Positions 1 through 9,617 of a stretch of 64,000 nucleotides of DNA are shown here, in pieces. Position 1 is the stretch's first letter. The number at the start of each line of letters is the position of its first letter. This DNA comes from Omnitrophica bacterium GWA2_41_15 (GTDB taxonomy: Bacteria; Omnitrophota; Gorgyraeia; Gygaellales; UBA12090). The stretch lies in assembly GCA_919902675.1 (NCBI GenBank), contig CAKKRH010000010.1:38614-102613 (forward strand), in the 5' to 3' direction. The position numbers and the translations under genes were made by a program. Below the pieces are notes generated by a model that was given only the letters and a program-made list of their open reading frames with translations, was not told the origin of the DNA and ran no database searches.

Positions 1-1782
1 GCGAAAGCCACCTCTCATTCATTTCTTTACCCAGGGCACACGTAACCAAGACAGTCGCAAAGGCAACAAAAACATTGAGCAGGCTTCTTTCTTCATCTCT
101 TAAACATTCATCAATGGCTTTACTCTTAGTCAATGCCCCTAACGCATAAAAACAGAGCGCGGCAAAAACAAATATCACGCTCACATGGTGTATCTCTATC
201 CCAAAGGCCGAATAGTGCCTATTACTGAAGAAATCAACCCAAAAAAGCCTTATACCTATCAGGATACTCAGTCCCCACGCCAGCACGCGATAGATAAATT
301 CACGGTAGTAGATACCGATGGCAAAAAGCAAGCACAGTTCCACCAGCCAGAAGAAACTTATGCTCAAACGCGGGAATTTTAGCATTATCGCCATCGCGAT
401 AAGAGAAAAACTAATGCTGGTATTGATTACCGTCAATCTTGATTTTTTAAGTATCGTGTAAAAATACCCAAACAGGAAGTAGATACAGCTTAACCCTATC
501 AGGAACCAAAAACACAAGTCTTTGCTTGCGATAAGGTGTATCTTAAGATGCGGGCTGATATATCCTATCTCATGTAAGCCTAAAATAACAAAGAATGCCG
601 CGTTACATAATGCCCCGGTAGTTACCGCGCGCACATGCTTTTCATCGGCTATTCTTAACAAAAACAGCGCTGCTGAAAAAAGAATCCAACTTACCGATAA
701 AATGCCGAAGCTTAAGAAAAAACGGTAGAGCGTTACGCTAAACTCTTGTGAAGCTAAAGGAGCGCTCTCTATCTGGGGATAAAGCCAGTACATATAAATA
801 AGGTAGACCCCTGCCATCCCGTAAAGCAAAAAAGTATGCCATTCCAGCTTATAGGAAAGATACACGATACTCCCCGTAAGAAACGCACAATAAATAACTG
901 TGGAGTATTCTATTCCGCCTAAACCCGCGGTGATAAAGGCAAGCAAATAGGTAATGGCGGTAACTACCCAGGAACGGTATTTTAAATTATAAATAACCGC
1001 GCAAAAGCTTACTATCCCTAAGAGCATTAATGCGAAAGCCTGACTTTCGATTATTCTCACCTGCTCTATATAATGCAAGGCATAGGTAGAAACATATAAA
1101 AGCGCCCAGGCGCCTCCTAAAATACCCCAGGCTATACGAAGATACTTTTCCCTTTTTTCTAAGGCGCTGCCCCAGACAAAAAATCCTAAAGAAGCTACAT
1201 ATCCCAGCCCTATTTTTGCCAGAGGGCTTAAGTATTTAAAACTATAGCTTATAAAAAAGACCACTCCAAGGACAAACAATATCACCCCCGCCCTTGAGAG
1301 CCAATATTTTCCAAAGGTAAACTCAAAACTCCATTCCTGCTCTTGTTTTTTCTGAAGCAAAGCAGTTACTTCCTCATACTCATGAGAAACCACCTCCTGA
1401 GAAATCACTTTTTCCTTCTCGCTTTGAGTCTCCGCCGCTTTCTCCTCAACGTATCCTGCGGGCTTTTCATGAACTTGTGAGCCTTGAGGGATTTCTTTTC
1501 CTAAAGATTTATTGAGATAAGCTTCTAACGCCGAAACCTTCACCTGAAGCCCAAAAAGCGTACTCTTTATATCTAATAACCGGCCTTCAGCATCATGCAA
1601 TGAGGCTATGCCATCGGAATGTTTTGAAATAGGGATATAAGGCGGGACCAACAACGCAATAAGAAGCGCTACCGGGCCAAGAAAAAGAGAAAGGAAGGTA
1701 AATCCTACGACACTAAGATTCTTTTTACTGGCAACAACCGCGCTGGCGATAATACAACCGATCCAGATCAAAAAAAACATTT
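1..1782 (-). CDS. Polytopic membrane protein (DUF2339-like architecture), partial: the C-terminal part lies beyond the window start
   Basis: Minus-strand ATG at 1780-1782 preceded by GGAGGAG. My hand translation stays open to position 1, which is why it is absent from the ORF track (no stop in window). It reads N-terminal TM helix, acidic coiled-coil stretch (EKEKVISQEVVSHEYEEV), then more than 10 hydrophobic helices. Confidence 0.45.
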
Positions 1783-1791
1783 TTCTCCTCC

Positions 1792-2541
1792 TTAATGACG
1801 GCGCAACGTCTGGATAAACCAGTCTTTTATTAATCCTATAACTTCTTGCGCGTTTTTTCGCATAAGATATTCAGCGTGAGTGCCGTTTTTTATAATTGCT
1901 ACCTTCTTCTTTGCGGCGGTTTTTTCATAAAGCTTTTTTGAGTGATTGCACCCTACCACCCAGTCTTTATCGCCGTGAATATATAAAACAGGAACGGTTA
2001 TCTTATCAACCGCCTCAATCGGTTTTTGCTTCTTAAGCCAGAATGGCCCGGGGCGGATTCCTTTGCCTTTTCCTCCTTCGCCAAGGTTATAAAATATATC
2101 TTCTTCCGGGTTAAGCTTCCAGAAATGATACTCTATCTTATCAAAATCACTAGGCGCGCTTACCGCGACAAAACTATCCACACCTTGAGTCACCGGCAGG
2201 ACATTAATACTGATTGCAGCACCCAATGAAAACCCAATCAAGCCTATTATTTCATATCGGGCCTTGGCATGCTCTATTACTGCTTTTAAATCATGCGACT
2301 CATAGGTAGTCCAGCTAAAAAGCCCTGAGCTCCTGCCGTGGCCGCGGAAATCAAACATAATTATATCATAGCTATCGCTTAAGCCATCTTTTAGTTTCTT
2401 TAATAACACGGATTCCTTGCTGGTAAAAAACCCATGAGCAATAATCACCACCGATTTATGGCCGTATTCATAATGGCCATAAGATATCTTTTGCTTATCC
2501 GATGTTAATAAGATGGCTGATAATATCGCCTGGGTCAACAC
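1792..2541 (-). CDS. Alpha/beta-fold hydrolase
   Basis: GFSLGAAIS nucleophile elbow (GxSxG), HGF and HGDKD motifs, about 250 aa. The 5' end overlaps the upstream gene by 47 nt, so the true start may be downstream or non-ATG. Confidence 0.7.
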   Translation of the reverse strand: MLTQAILSAILLTSDKQKISYGHYEYGHKSVVIIAHGFFTSKESVLLKKLKDGLSDSYDIIMFDFRGHGRSSGLFSWTTYESHDLKAVIEHAKARYEIIGLIGFSLGAAISINVLPVTQGVDSFVAVSAPSDFDKIEYHFWKLNPEEDIFYNLGEGGKGKGIRPGPFWLKKQKPIEAVDKITVPVLYIHGDKDWVVGCNHSKKLYEKTAAKKKVAIIKNGTHAEYLMRKNAQEVIGLIKDWFIQTLRRH

Positions 2542-4348
2542 GCAGATACCCCTCTCTTTCTAACTCCAATTTTATCTTGCCGATATCCTGCATCACTTCT
2601 TTTACCAATTCATCAGATACAGGATGCTCTTTAATTTCAACTGGTGCCCCAAACCTTACCTCTATGGGAAACCGCCGGGGATATTTCTTAGGCGCAGGCC
2701 ACGCCTCGTAGGCGCCTTCAATGGCAAAAGGGATAATATCCGCCTGCGCCAATTTCGCGATTAAGGCAACCCCCGCCTTGCCTTCGGTAAGCCTGCCGTC
2801 CTGGGTAATTTTCCCTTCCGGAAATATTCCTATAGAGTGGCCGGAGTGTATAATTTCCACTGCCTGACAGATAGACTCTTTGTTAAAACCCCCGCGCTTT
2901 ATCGGGATATACCCTAATTTCTTAGCGCACCGGCCTAAAAATGCTTCTTTAAACAATGAATCCGCGGCCAAAAAATAAACCCTGTGAGGATACGCGCACA
3001 TGAGCGCGATGCCGTCAATAAGGCTGGCATGGTTACCAGCAAAAACAATCTTCCTTTTAGCCCGGATATGTTCTAACCCTGAAACCTTAAAATTAAACAG
3101 AATCCGCATTACCAAACATAAAAACATGCGAAACAGTTGATACCCCCAGAGTTTATCGGAAAGAAAAATAACTAGCGCGCTCACAATTCCTGCGGTGCCG
3201 ATTAACCCAAAAAGAAAAATACTTGAAGTAACCTTAAGCAAGAAACCCACTAAAAGCAGGCAGGCTAGAAAAACCGCGTTAGAAACTATCCCGCTTGCCG
3301 AGAAAATCTTACCCTTTAATTCATCCGGTATTATCCTTTGTAAAACAGTATCCATGGCAATGGTAAGCATGCTCGCGCCAATACCTGCGCAAAATAGGAT
3401 TACCGCTACCGCGTAAAAATCAGGCTTACCAATAAAGGCAAGGCAAAAAACTCCCACAATAAGATATGAAAGATACAGCGCGCGTTTATATTTTATTTTA
3501 TCCTTTCTTTTTATCAAAATTAAAGATCCTGCCACCATCCCTAAGCCGGCTGACGATAAAAGCATGCCTGTGCCTAAAGAATTCTGCTTTAAAGTATTCG
3601 CGCTATAATTGAGAATCAGGATATAGGCAAAGCTGCTGATAAAGGCAAATACCGCGCTTAAGGCTATGAGCTGCTTTACAATGCTATGGCGCCAAATATA
3701 TTTCATGCCTATTTTAATATCCTTAATAAGCGCTTTATTGGTATTCTCTTCATTTTTACCCACGGGAGGCTTGTAATAGGAAATACTCAGGATAAAAAAT
3801 GCCGATAGAATGTAGGTAAGAGAATTGATATAGAAGCCTGCTTTTATCCCGCTTATTTTTATTACTATACCGGCAAGCAATGTCCCGATAAGGGTGGCAA
3901 CAGTGCCTGTCGTAACAATGAGCGAATTCGCCTCAAGGTAATCATCCTTAGCGGTGATATTGGCGATTATGCTCATCTTCGCCGGGGAAAATAGCGCGGA
4001 GAGCGTCCCTAAGACAAAAACCAATGTTATCATTAAAGCTATAGACTGCGCGTATCCCCAGGCAATAGGTATCAACACCACTATTCCCGCCCTCGCCATG
4101 TCAGCGAAAATCATAATCTTCTTTCGGTTATACCGGTCAGCCGCCGCGCCAAAGAGCGGGCCGAACAATAAAAACGGCAGGAGGCTAAAAAAGGTAATGA
4201 GCGCCATTTTACTTCCATCATCTTTAGAAAGCACCATCACAAAGGTCAGGATACCCATCTGAGTAAGCCTATCCCCTAATGCAGAGATAAGCTGGCCTGT
4301 CCAGAGCGCGCGGAAACTCCTGTTTCCCTTTAAAAGCCTGAATTTCAT
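2495..4348 (-). CDS. MFS transporter fused to a PlsC-type 1-acyl-glycerol-3-phosphate acyltransferase domain (LplT/Aas-like lysophospholipid transporter-acyltransferase)
   Basis: N-terminal 12-TM MFS-like region. C-terminal NHASLIDG (HX4D acyltransferase motif) and FPEGKITQDG (FPEG motif). Confidence 0.75.
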   Translation of the reverse strand: MKFRLLKGNRSFRALWTGQLISALGDRLTQMGILTFVMVLSKDDGSKMALITFFSLLPFLLFGPLFGAAADRYNRKKIMIFADMARAGIVVLIPIAWGYAQSIALMITLVFVLGTLSALFSPAKMSIIANITAKDDYLEANSLIVTTGTVATLIGTLLAGIVIKISGIKAGFYINSLTYILSAFFILSISYYKPPVGKNEENTNKALIKDIKIGMKYIWRHSIVKQLIALSAVFAFISSFAYILILNYSANTLKQNSLGTGMLLSSAGLGMVAGSLILIKRKDKIKYKRALYLSYLIVGVFCLAFIGKPDFYAVAVILFCAGIGASMLTIAMDTVLQRIIPDELKGKIFSASGIVSNAVFLACLLLVGFLLKVTSSIFLFGLIGTAGIVSALVIFLSDKLWGYQLFRMFLCLVMRILFNFKVSGLEHIRAKRKIVFAGNHASLIDGIALMCAYPHRVYFLAADSLFKEAFLGRCAKKLGYIPIKRGGFNKESICQAVEIIHSGHSIGIFPEGKITQDGRLTEGKAGVALIAKLAQADIIPFAIEGAYEAWPAPKKYPRRFPIEVRFGAPVEIKEHPVSDELVKEVMQDIGKIKLELEREGYLRVDPGDIISHLINIG

Positions 4349-4351
4349 ATT

Positions 4352-4831
4352 TTACCTGGAAGGTTTTTCTAAGCGCACAAACCAATTGATCAATAGATCT
4401 GATAGCCCGCGTAAATCCTCATGCGGTACGTGAGCGGCTATTTCGGCTAATTTTTTATGATATCCAGGCCAAACCCTATCCAAAATCCCTGAGCCTTTCT
4501 GGGTAATTTTTATCAAATTCACCCTTCTGTCGCCTTCCTGGGCAAAACGCTCAATCAGGCCTTCCTGATGCAGCCTGTCTAAAAGCCGGGTCATATTTGA
4601 AGCGGTAACAATTAAATGCCTTCCTATATCTGCCTGGCTTAGGCCTTTCTTTCCCCCCTTATGCTTGAGCACCATAAGGGCGTTAAACTTGGCGGGGCTC
4701 ATAGCAAAGGGGCGCAAATAATCAGAAATCAGCTTTTCAATAGTAAGATACACGGAAGCAACTCCATAAATTGCCCCCTCAGTTAAATTATCCTTTCCTA
4801 TCTCTATCCCAAAACGCTCAAATGGCTGCAT
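4352..4831 (-). CDS. MarR-family transcriptional regulator
   Basis: Winged-helix region LSQADIGRHLIVTASNMTRLLDRLHQEGLIER...DRRV typical of MarR, 159 aa. Confidence 0.8.
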   Translation of the reverse strand: MQPFERFGIEIGKDNLTEGAIYGVASVYLTIEKLISDYLRPFAMSPAKFNALMVLKHKGGKKGLSQADIGRHLIVTASNMTRLLDRLHQEGLIERFAQEGDRRVNLIKITQKGSGILDRVWPGYHKKLAEIAAHVPHEDLRGLSDLLINWFVRLEKPSR

Positions 4832-4876
4832 ACTTTTTCCTTTCTCTAATTATAGATATAGTTTACCATACAATAG

Positions 4877-4933
4877 TTGACTTGTCAAGTATATAGGTAA
4901 AAAAATTAATTAATCCTTAAAACGATTAATTAA
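4877..4933. promoter_or_regulatory. Two palindromes in the MarR upstream region: TTGACttGTCAA (4877-4888) and TTAATTAATC-N8-GATTAATTAA (4906-4933). Candidate MarR operator and promoter
   Basis: Inverted repeats read directly from the sequence, lying between the gspM stop (4948) and the marR start (4831). Confidence 0.35.
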
Positions 4934-4947
4934 CTCAAACGGTTAAA

Positions 4948-5487
4948 TTAAGGCAATATCTTGCGTATCTCTAAATATCCGTAGAGAAGCGGGGAATCCC
5001 CGGATTGAAGGCTTAGTTCAAATTTATCGATGGTCAAAAGCTCCTTTGACTCCTGAAGCCGATAGATAAAGTCAGCGGCTTCTTTTGCTTCAGCCTCAAG
5101 CCTCAATTCCACGGCAAATTCGCTGTAATGCTCCATTTGCTGGATAGCCCGGGGCTTGATGTCATTAATGTTAACGCCGGATTCGTTACCCAGGCGCTCA
5201 AGCATAGCAAGAACGCGGGAAACCTGCTGCTGTTTAGGCAAGCCCTCCTCATCTTTTAAAATCGGGGCCAGATCCTGGAAATTCTTTTCGATAGCACTCT
5301 TCCTTGTCGTTAAGAGCCTAGCCTTAATAAGCTTATTCTTTAAGCTGGTAACTTTCTTATCTAAGGCATCGATATTCCCGAAATAAGGGGTCAGGATTAT
5401 GTCAAAGAAAAGCTTCAGAACGACAATCAAGGCTGTAAAAACGAATATTGCCTTTTCTCTCTTATTTAAATTGCCTATATTAATCAT
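4948..5487 (-). CDS. gspM: GspM/PilO-like inner-membrane T2SS component
   Basis: Single N-terminal TM (AIFVFTALIVVLKLFF) followed by a coiled-coil periplasmic domain, about 180 aa. It is the last gene of the gsp operon, in the canonical M position. Confidence 0.5.
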   Translation of the reverse strand: MINIGNLNKREKAIFVFTALIVVLKLFFDIILTPYFGNIDALDKKVTSLKNKLIKARLLTTRKSAIEKNFQDLAPILKDEEGLPKQQQVSRVLAMLERLGNESGVNINDIKPRAIQQMEHYSEFAVELRLEAEAKEAADFIYRLQESKELLTIDKFELSLQSGDSPLLYGYLEIRKILP

Positions 5488-5489
5488 AT

Positions 5490-6911
5490 CTATCCTTCCG
5501 GCTGGCAGGTGATATCAAAATCCGCCAATGACTCTCCCTGAACCCTGCGCTCAAAAGAATGCCTTAGCTGGACATCTTTAAAAACCGGGGATTCCTCCAA
5601 AGCGCTTACGAAATTGAATACCCCGGAAAGGCTCTTGGCGCGCCCTTTCAAAATCAAGGATTTATTAAGGGTATAGCTGAATGAAATCAGGCTTATCTCT
5701 TCCTGGGCAACCCGGAAAACCTCGGTAAAAACATCCAGACAGGAACCGGAACGGTTATCCTGGCTTCTTACATACGTAATCTTTCTGGCCATCTTTTCAA
5801 TCCGTCCCACATCTTCGGATAAACGGCTCAGCTCTTCACCTAGCCTAATAGCCGAGCTCTGCCTAAGGCTGATATTCATAAACATAGCCGAGGCTATGGC
5901 AAAAATAATCAAAACGATAAAAACCGCGGTTTTTCTTATTTCAAGCTTATATGCCGCCTTACCCCTTTTGGCCAGTAAATCTTCCGGAAGGAGGTTAAAT
6001 AAAGGTTTTTTCTGCGAGCAGACAGCGCCGATAAGGCTAGTGAAAGAAATTCTCTTAAAATTCTCAAGCTTAATCTGGCTTGAATTTTTTAGTTGTATCG
6101 CTTTATCCTGGGGGTATTTTACGCTCTTAAAAGGCAGACTATTCAACAAATCGTCATCGATGCGCTCCAGGTATTCGCTTGAGCCGGTAAAAACCGCCTC
6201 AGCTGGCTTCACCATAGAGGTTTCATTCTGATAAGCAAAAAGGCTTCTGTTGATTTCTTCGCTTAGGCGCATCCTGTAATCGGGAGAACCCAGGCTCACC
6301 GGAAAGGCCCGGGAATAAATAAACATTCCCGACAATACTATGTCCAGCCTGGCGTGCTCTGTGTCCAGGTCAACCACGATAACCCCTGTGTCGGCTTTAA
6401 ATTCTTGTTGCAGTTGGAGCCAGCGGCATATGCCCTGAGAGTCAATAACCACTTCATCTGGCTCTATCTTATTCTTTTCCAGCGCCGCGATATACCTCCT
6501 GACAATATCCTGATGTATGATGATCAAAACAATATCGGAATACCCATCAGGATTAACCCTGACAACCTGATAGCCGAAAATGATTTCTTTGGAATCATAC
6601 GGAATCTGCTTGGGCGCCTGAAGACGAGCCATCTGAAAAAGTTCTTCAGGATTGGTGGAAGGAAACCTCGCGTAATGCATGGCAGCCATCTGCCTGGGGA
6701 TCATCAGAATAAGCCTGCCCGGATCTTTTTGCTTCAGAGAGCTAAATAATGATTTTATGCCTCGAGCCAGCTCTTCATCGCTTTTTCCTGCGAGAGACAG
6801 AGCCTGAACCGCGGAAATCTCCGGAACGAGGCGCCCAGGACAAGACTGGACCAGCTTAATCACCTTATCAGTAATGCTCAGGCAAGTTATTATCCTAGAT
6901 TTATTCTTCAT
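5490..6911 (-). CDS. gspL: GspL-like protein (PilM actin-like cytoplasmic domain, TM, PilN-like periplasmic domain)
   Basis: Actin/FtsA-like N-terminal half (VVDLDTEHARLDIV), TM segment AVFIVLIIFAIASAMFM, periplasmic C-terminal domain. Positioned between gspK and gspM. Confidence 0.6.
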   Translation of the reverse strand: MKNKSRIITCLSITDKVIKLVQSCPGRLVPEISAVQALSLAGKSDEELARGIKSLFSSLKQKDPGRLILMIPRQMAAMHYARFPSTNPEELFQMARLQAPKQIPYDSKEIIFGYQVVRVNPDGYSDIVLIIIHQDIVRRYIAALEKNKIEPDEVVIDSQGICRWLQLQQEFKADTGVIVVDLDTEHARLDIVLSGMFIYSRAFPVSLGSPDYRMRLSEEINRSLFAYQNETSMVKPAEAVFTGSSEYLERIDDDLLNSLPFKSVKYPQDKAIQLKNSSQIKLENFKRISFTSLIGAVCSQKKPLFNLLPEDLLAKRGKAAYKLEIRKTAVFIVLIIFAIASAMFMNISLRQSSAIRLGEELSRLSEDVGRIEKMARKITYVRSQDNRSGSCLDVFTEVFRVAQEEISLISFSYTLNKSLILKGRAKSLSGVFNFVSALEESPVFKDVQLRHSFERRVQGESLADFDITCQPEG

Positions 6912-7959
6912 ACCAATACTCGTATTTAACTGGCTCGTTCGGTTCTATCTTCACTACCGCCTGAATCCCGCTCTTTGCGTTATTTACCGTTCCAAAAGAA
7001 CTCACCCGGTAAAAATAACTCTTAACCGCGGCCCTAGTACTGATAAGGTTGGCTATAACATTCAAGTCATCGCTGGAAAGCATCCTATTTTTAAATATTT
7101 CGGCCTGCTTGGATTGCAAATCCTGCGCGTCCAGAATCACGGTATCATCACTCGTCGCCGCCTCCATATCATAGCCACAGCGGTAATCAATAATATCCTG
7201 AGCGGATTCTTCGCTTAAGCCCATGGCGGTTAAAACCTCATTAGGGGCGGTATTTATGTTAACCTTACCATCGCCGTAAATCGTGATGTAATTGGCCAGC
7301 TTATTGAAAATATCCGAATCGAATCCGTCAATCATCAACAACTCCTCGATCCTGTTCAAAGATTTATTTTTGGCCGTAGCGCCTTTGTCAGAATAGTCCT
7401 CCTTGCCGTATTCTCTCTTATCGTCGTCGTAATCCACCCAATCGATGAATCTATCGATTAATTCCTGAGCCTCCTGCTCATCGTAATCCAGGATATCCTC
7501 GACAATCCTAAGGAATTCTGAGCGCAAATCATCATTCACGCTACTTTCGGAAACAATCATATTTATATTTATCTTGGACTGCTCATCCTGCATCCCATAG
7601 AGCTCTTTCGGCTCTTTATCCTTAGACTCATAGTAAAGATATTGTATCTTAAATTCACCGTTTCCTAAAGCAAAATCCTTAAATTCAGGACTAAGATCCT
7701 CCTTAAGCTTGTTACTCCAGTCCTCATTAAGGCTGTCATATTCCTCATTCTCATCATCAGCCTTTAGCGCGCATACGCGCTCCAATCCGGACTTGGCGAT
7801 ATAAAAAGCCTGAGAGCGGTCCAGATGATAGCGCAAAATCCTGGCCTCAAGCGACGCGCGCCTCCCGATGCTCAGAGCCAAAAGCACCAGGATTATCACA
7901 ATCCATACGCAGACAACCAGAACTGAGCCCCTTACGCCTTCAATCTGTCTTCCAATCAT
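6901..7959 (-). CDS. gspK: GspK-like minor pseudopilin
   Basis: N-terminal hydrophobic segment (GSVLVVCVWIVIILVLLALSI), VNINTAPNEVLTAMGLSEE helix-hairpin-helix-like motif typical of GspK, about 350 aa. Confidence 0.6.
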   Translation of the reverse strand: MIGRQIEGVRGSVLVVCVWIVIILVLLALSIGRRASLEARILRYHLDRSQAFYIAKSGLERVCALKADDENEEYDSLNEDWSNKLKEDLSPEFKDFALGNGEFKIQYLYYESKDKEPKELYGMQDEQSKININMIVSESSVNDDLRSEFLRIVEDILDYDEQEAQELIDRFIDWVDYDDDKREYGKEDYSDKGATAKNKSLNRIEELLMIDGFDSDIFNKLANYITIYGDGKVNINTAPNEVLTAMGLSEESAQDIIDYRCGYDMEAATSDDTVILDAQDLQSKQAEIFKNRMLSSDDLNVIANLISTRAAVKSYFYRVSSFGTVNNAKSGIQAVVKIEPNEPVKYEYWYEE

Positions 7960-7995
7960 TGTCCCTCTCGGAAACGGCGGCGGATACTATAAAAA

Positions 7996-8730
7996 CTACT
8001 CCTCCGGTGGATAAGACCCATTCAAAACAACGCTCTTGGCGCAAACAATGTCTTTTGAGCCATCCACCTTCTGCGTCAGGCTCAGGCGCACCGCCTGAGG
8101 CAATGAGGAGACATCCTCAAAGCTGTCTTTCCAGCTCAGCTGGTCAGCCTGAGAAGATTTCTCAGGCTGAGCCGAATAGGAAAATCCGGCAACCGAGATA
8201 TTAGACAATAACACCTCATATTCCGGGCTCAATGATTGATTAAGTATATCCTCATCTTTTAGATAAGCCCTCAAAAGATTAGCGCCTTCTATCTTATAAA
8301 AAACCTTAGCCGGACAGACGTAGGCCTCCCCATCGTCATTCCTTAAAACAGTCAAAGAGGCAAAAGACATTTCCTTGGAACTTCCGCTGAAGGTGATAGA
8401 ATAATCATCCGAGGCGCCAAAAATAAACGAATTCCTTAAGTCCCTGGCAAAGGCGCTTAAACTGCCGCGCAAATCCTGATAAACCTGAGATTGGGAATTC
8501 AACCGGAGGTAGCTTAACCAGCCTACGCGCAAAGAAGAATAAGCTGAAATCAAAACAATCATCCCGACCCCTATCGCCAATAAGGCCTCTATCAGGGTAA
8601 ACCCCGTTAGAGGCGTCATATTGCTTACCGACCTTCCTGCTGCCTCTAACGGGGCAGGCCCCTGAATTGTGACTTGTGGTTTGTGATTTGTGATTTCAGA
8701 ATTAATGCTCATATGAAAAACTCGATTCAT
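7996..8730 (-). CDS. gspJ: GspJ-like pseudopilin (prepilin N-terminal methylation motif)
   Basis: LTGFTLIEALLAIGVGMIVL prepilin motif. The true start may be the internal ATG at 8617-8619 (MTPLTG|FTLIE, 6-aa leader); the long form would give a 44-aa leader. The 5' region carries degenerate TTGTGAN heptads. Confidence 0.6.
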   Translation of the reverse strand: MNRVFHMSINSEITNHKPQVTIQGPAPLEAAGRSVSNMTPLTGFTLIEALLAIGVGMIVLISAYSSLRVGWLSYLRLNSQSQVYQDLRGSLSAFARDLRNSFIFGASDDYSITFSGSSKEMSFASLTVLRNDDGEAYVCPAKVFYKIEGANLLRAYLKDEDILNQSLSPEYEVLLSNISVAGFSYSAQPEKSSQADQLSWKDSFEDVSSLPQAVRLSLTQKVDGSKDIVCAKSVVLNGSYPPEE

Positions 8731-8745
8731 CCCCTGCGCGATAGA

Positions 8746-9114
8746 TCATTTCTTAACCGCGAAATAGCCGGACATACTCACCACTCCCGACCTTCTACCG
8801 TCTTTCCATTGAACGTCTAAATCCGCCTGGTTTAGTTTTAAATCCGAAAGCCGATAAACATCCATGCGGTAAGAAAAATCCGTGTTCTCAGAGAATTTTC
8901 CTTCTTTAATTATATCACTTTCCTTGGCTATAGTTTCCAAATCAAAGAATTTCTCTTCGGCCAGGATTAAAGCCGCGGTGTAATTGGCGAACTGCTGCAT
9001 CGTGTTCAAGCAGTTCATAAACGCCCGGGAAAGGTAAACAACGCTAAAACCCAAAAGGATTACCGCGGTCAAAACCTCAATCAAAAGAAAGCCCTTGCTC
9101 TTCTTTTTCATCAT
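8746..9114 (-). CDS. gspI: GspI-like pseudopilin
   Basis: MMKKKSKG|FLLIEVLTAVILLGF prepilin motif, 122 aa. Confidence 0.6.
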   Translation of the reverse strand: MMKKKSKGFLLIEVLTAVILLGFSVVYLSRAFMNCLNTMQQFANYTAALILAEEKFFDLETIAKESDIIKEGKFSENTDFSYRMDVYRLSDLKLNQADLDVQWKDGRRSGVVSMSGYFAVKK

Positions 9115-9610
9115 CGATTATTTTAACCTTATTCCGCTTAACGGAAATAACCAGCTTTTTCTTATTCGGATTAATCATTGCGATTTCCGCGCTGCTAAAC
9201 GAACCGTCGGGGTAAAAATAAATAATATTGCCCTGGCTTTCTATTTCGACATCATCGCTTACGGAAGAACCACCGTATTTACCCTTGACTCGGGCATACT
9301 CGCCGCTTTCGACATCTTTTTTTTCCAGCCAATATTCTTTTTCTTTCGCGTCTAAGACGAACTTCATCGGCACGCCCTCGACAATGGAACGCTCGCGGAT
9401 ATAACGCATATAACCGGCTATGTCTTCGGCGCAAAGGTCAAGTTCAAGGCCGTAAAATGTCTTACGGAACAAAGGCGCGGACAAGCCTAAGGTAATGGAA
9501 ATAATGAGGACAACCAACAAAAGCTCAATCAGGGTAAAACCCGTCAGAGGCTTGCCTGCCGGTCTCCCCGCGGACCCTGACGAGGCAGACCAATTTCTGT
9601 CTGATACCAT
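9077..9610 (-). CDS. gspH: GspH-like pseudopilin
   Basis: KPLTG|FTLIELLLVVLIISITLG prepilin motif after a 24-aa leader, 177 aa. Confidence 0.6.
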   Translation of the reverse strand: MVSDRNWSASSGSAGRPAGKPLTGFTLIELLLVVLIISITLGLSAPLFRKTFYGLELDLCAEDIAGYMRYIRERSIVEGVPMKFVLDAKEKEYWLEKKDVESGEYARVKGKYGGSSVSDDVEIESQGNIIYFYPDGSFSSAEIAMINPNKKKLVISVKRNKVKIIDDEKEEQGLSFD

Positions 9611-9617
9611 ATATCAA

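Noticed and set aside
185-728. Short plus-strand ORFs 185..382 and 522..728 in the first 1.8 kb
   Set aside because: A continuous minus-strand frame with an RBS and ATG at 1780-1782, encoding a multi-TM protein, covers this region. It is missing from the ORF track only because its stop lies outside the window.
6354-7218. Plus-strand ORFs 6354..6749 and 6874..7218 (and similar plus-strand ORFs at 40385..40882, 44441..44767 and 56156..56764)
   Set aside because: They lie entirely antisense to long minus-strand genes with strong domain signatures, have no RBS or recognisable motifs, and have compositions typical of antisense frames; treated as spurious.
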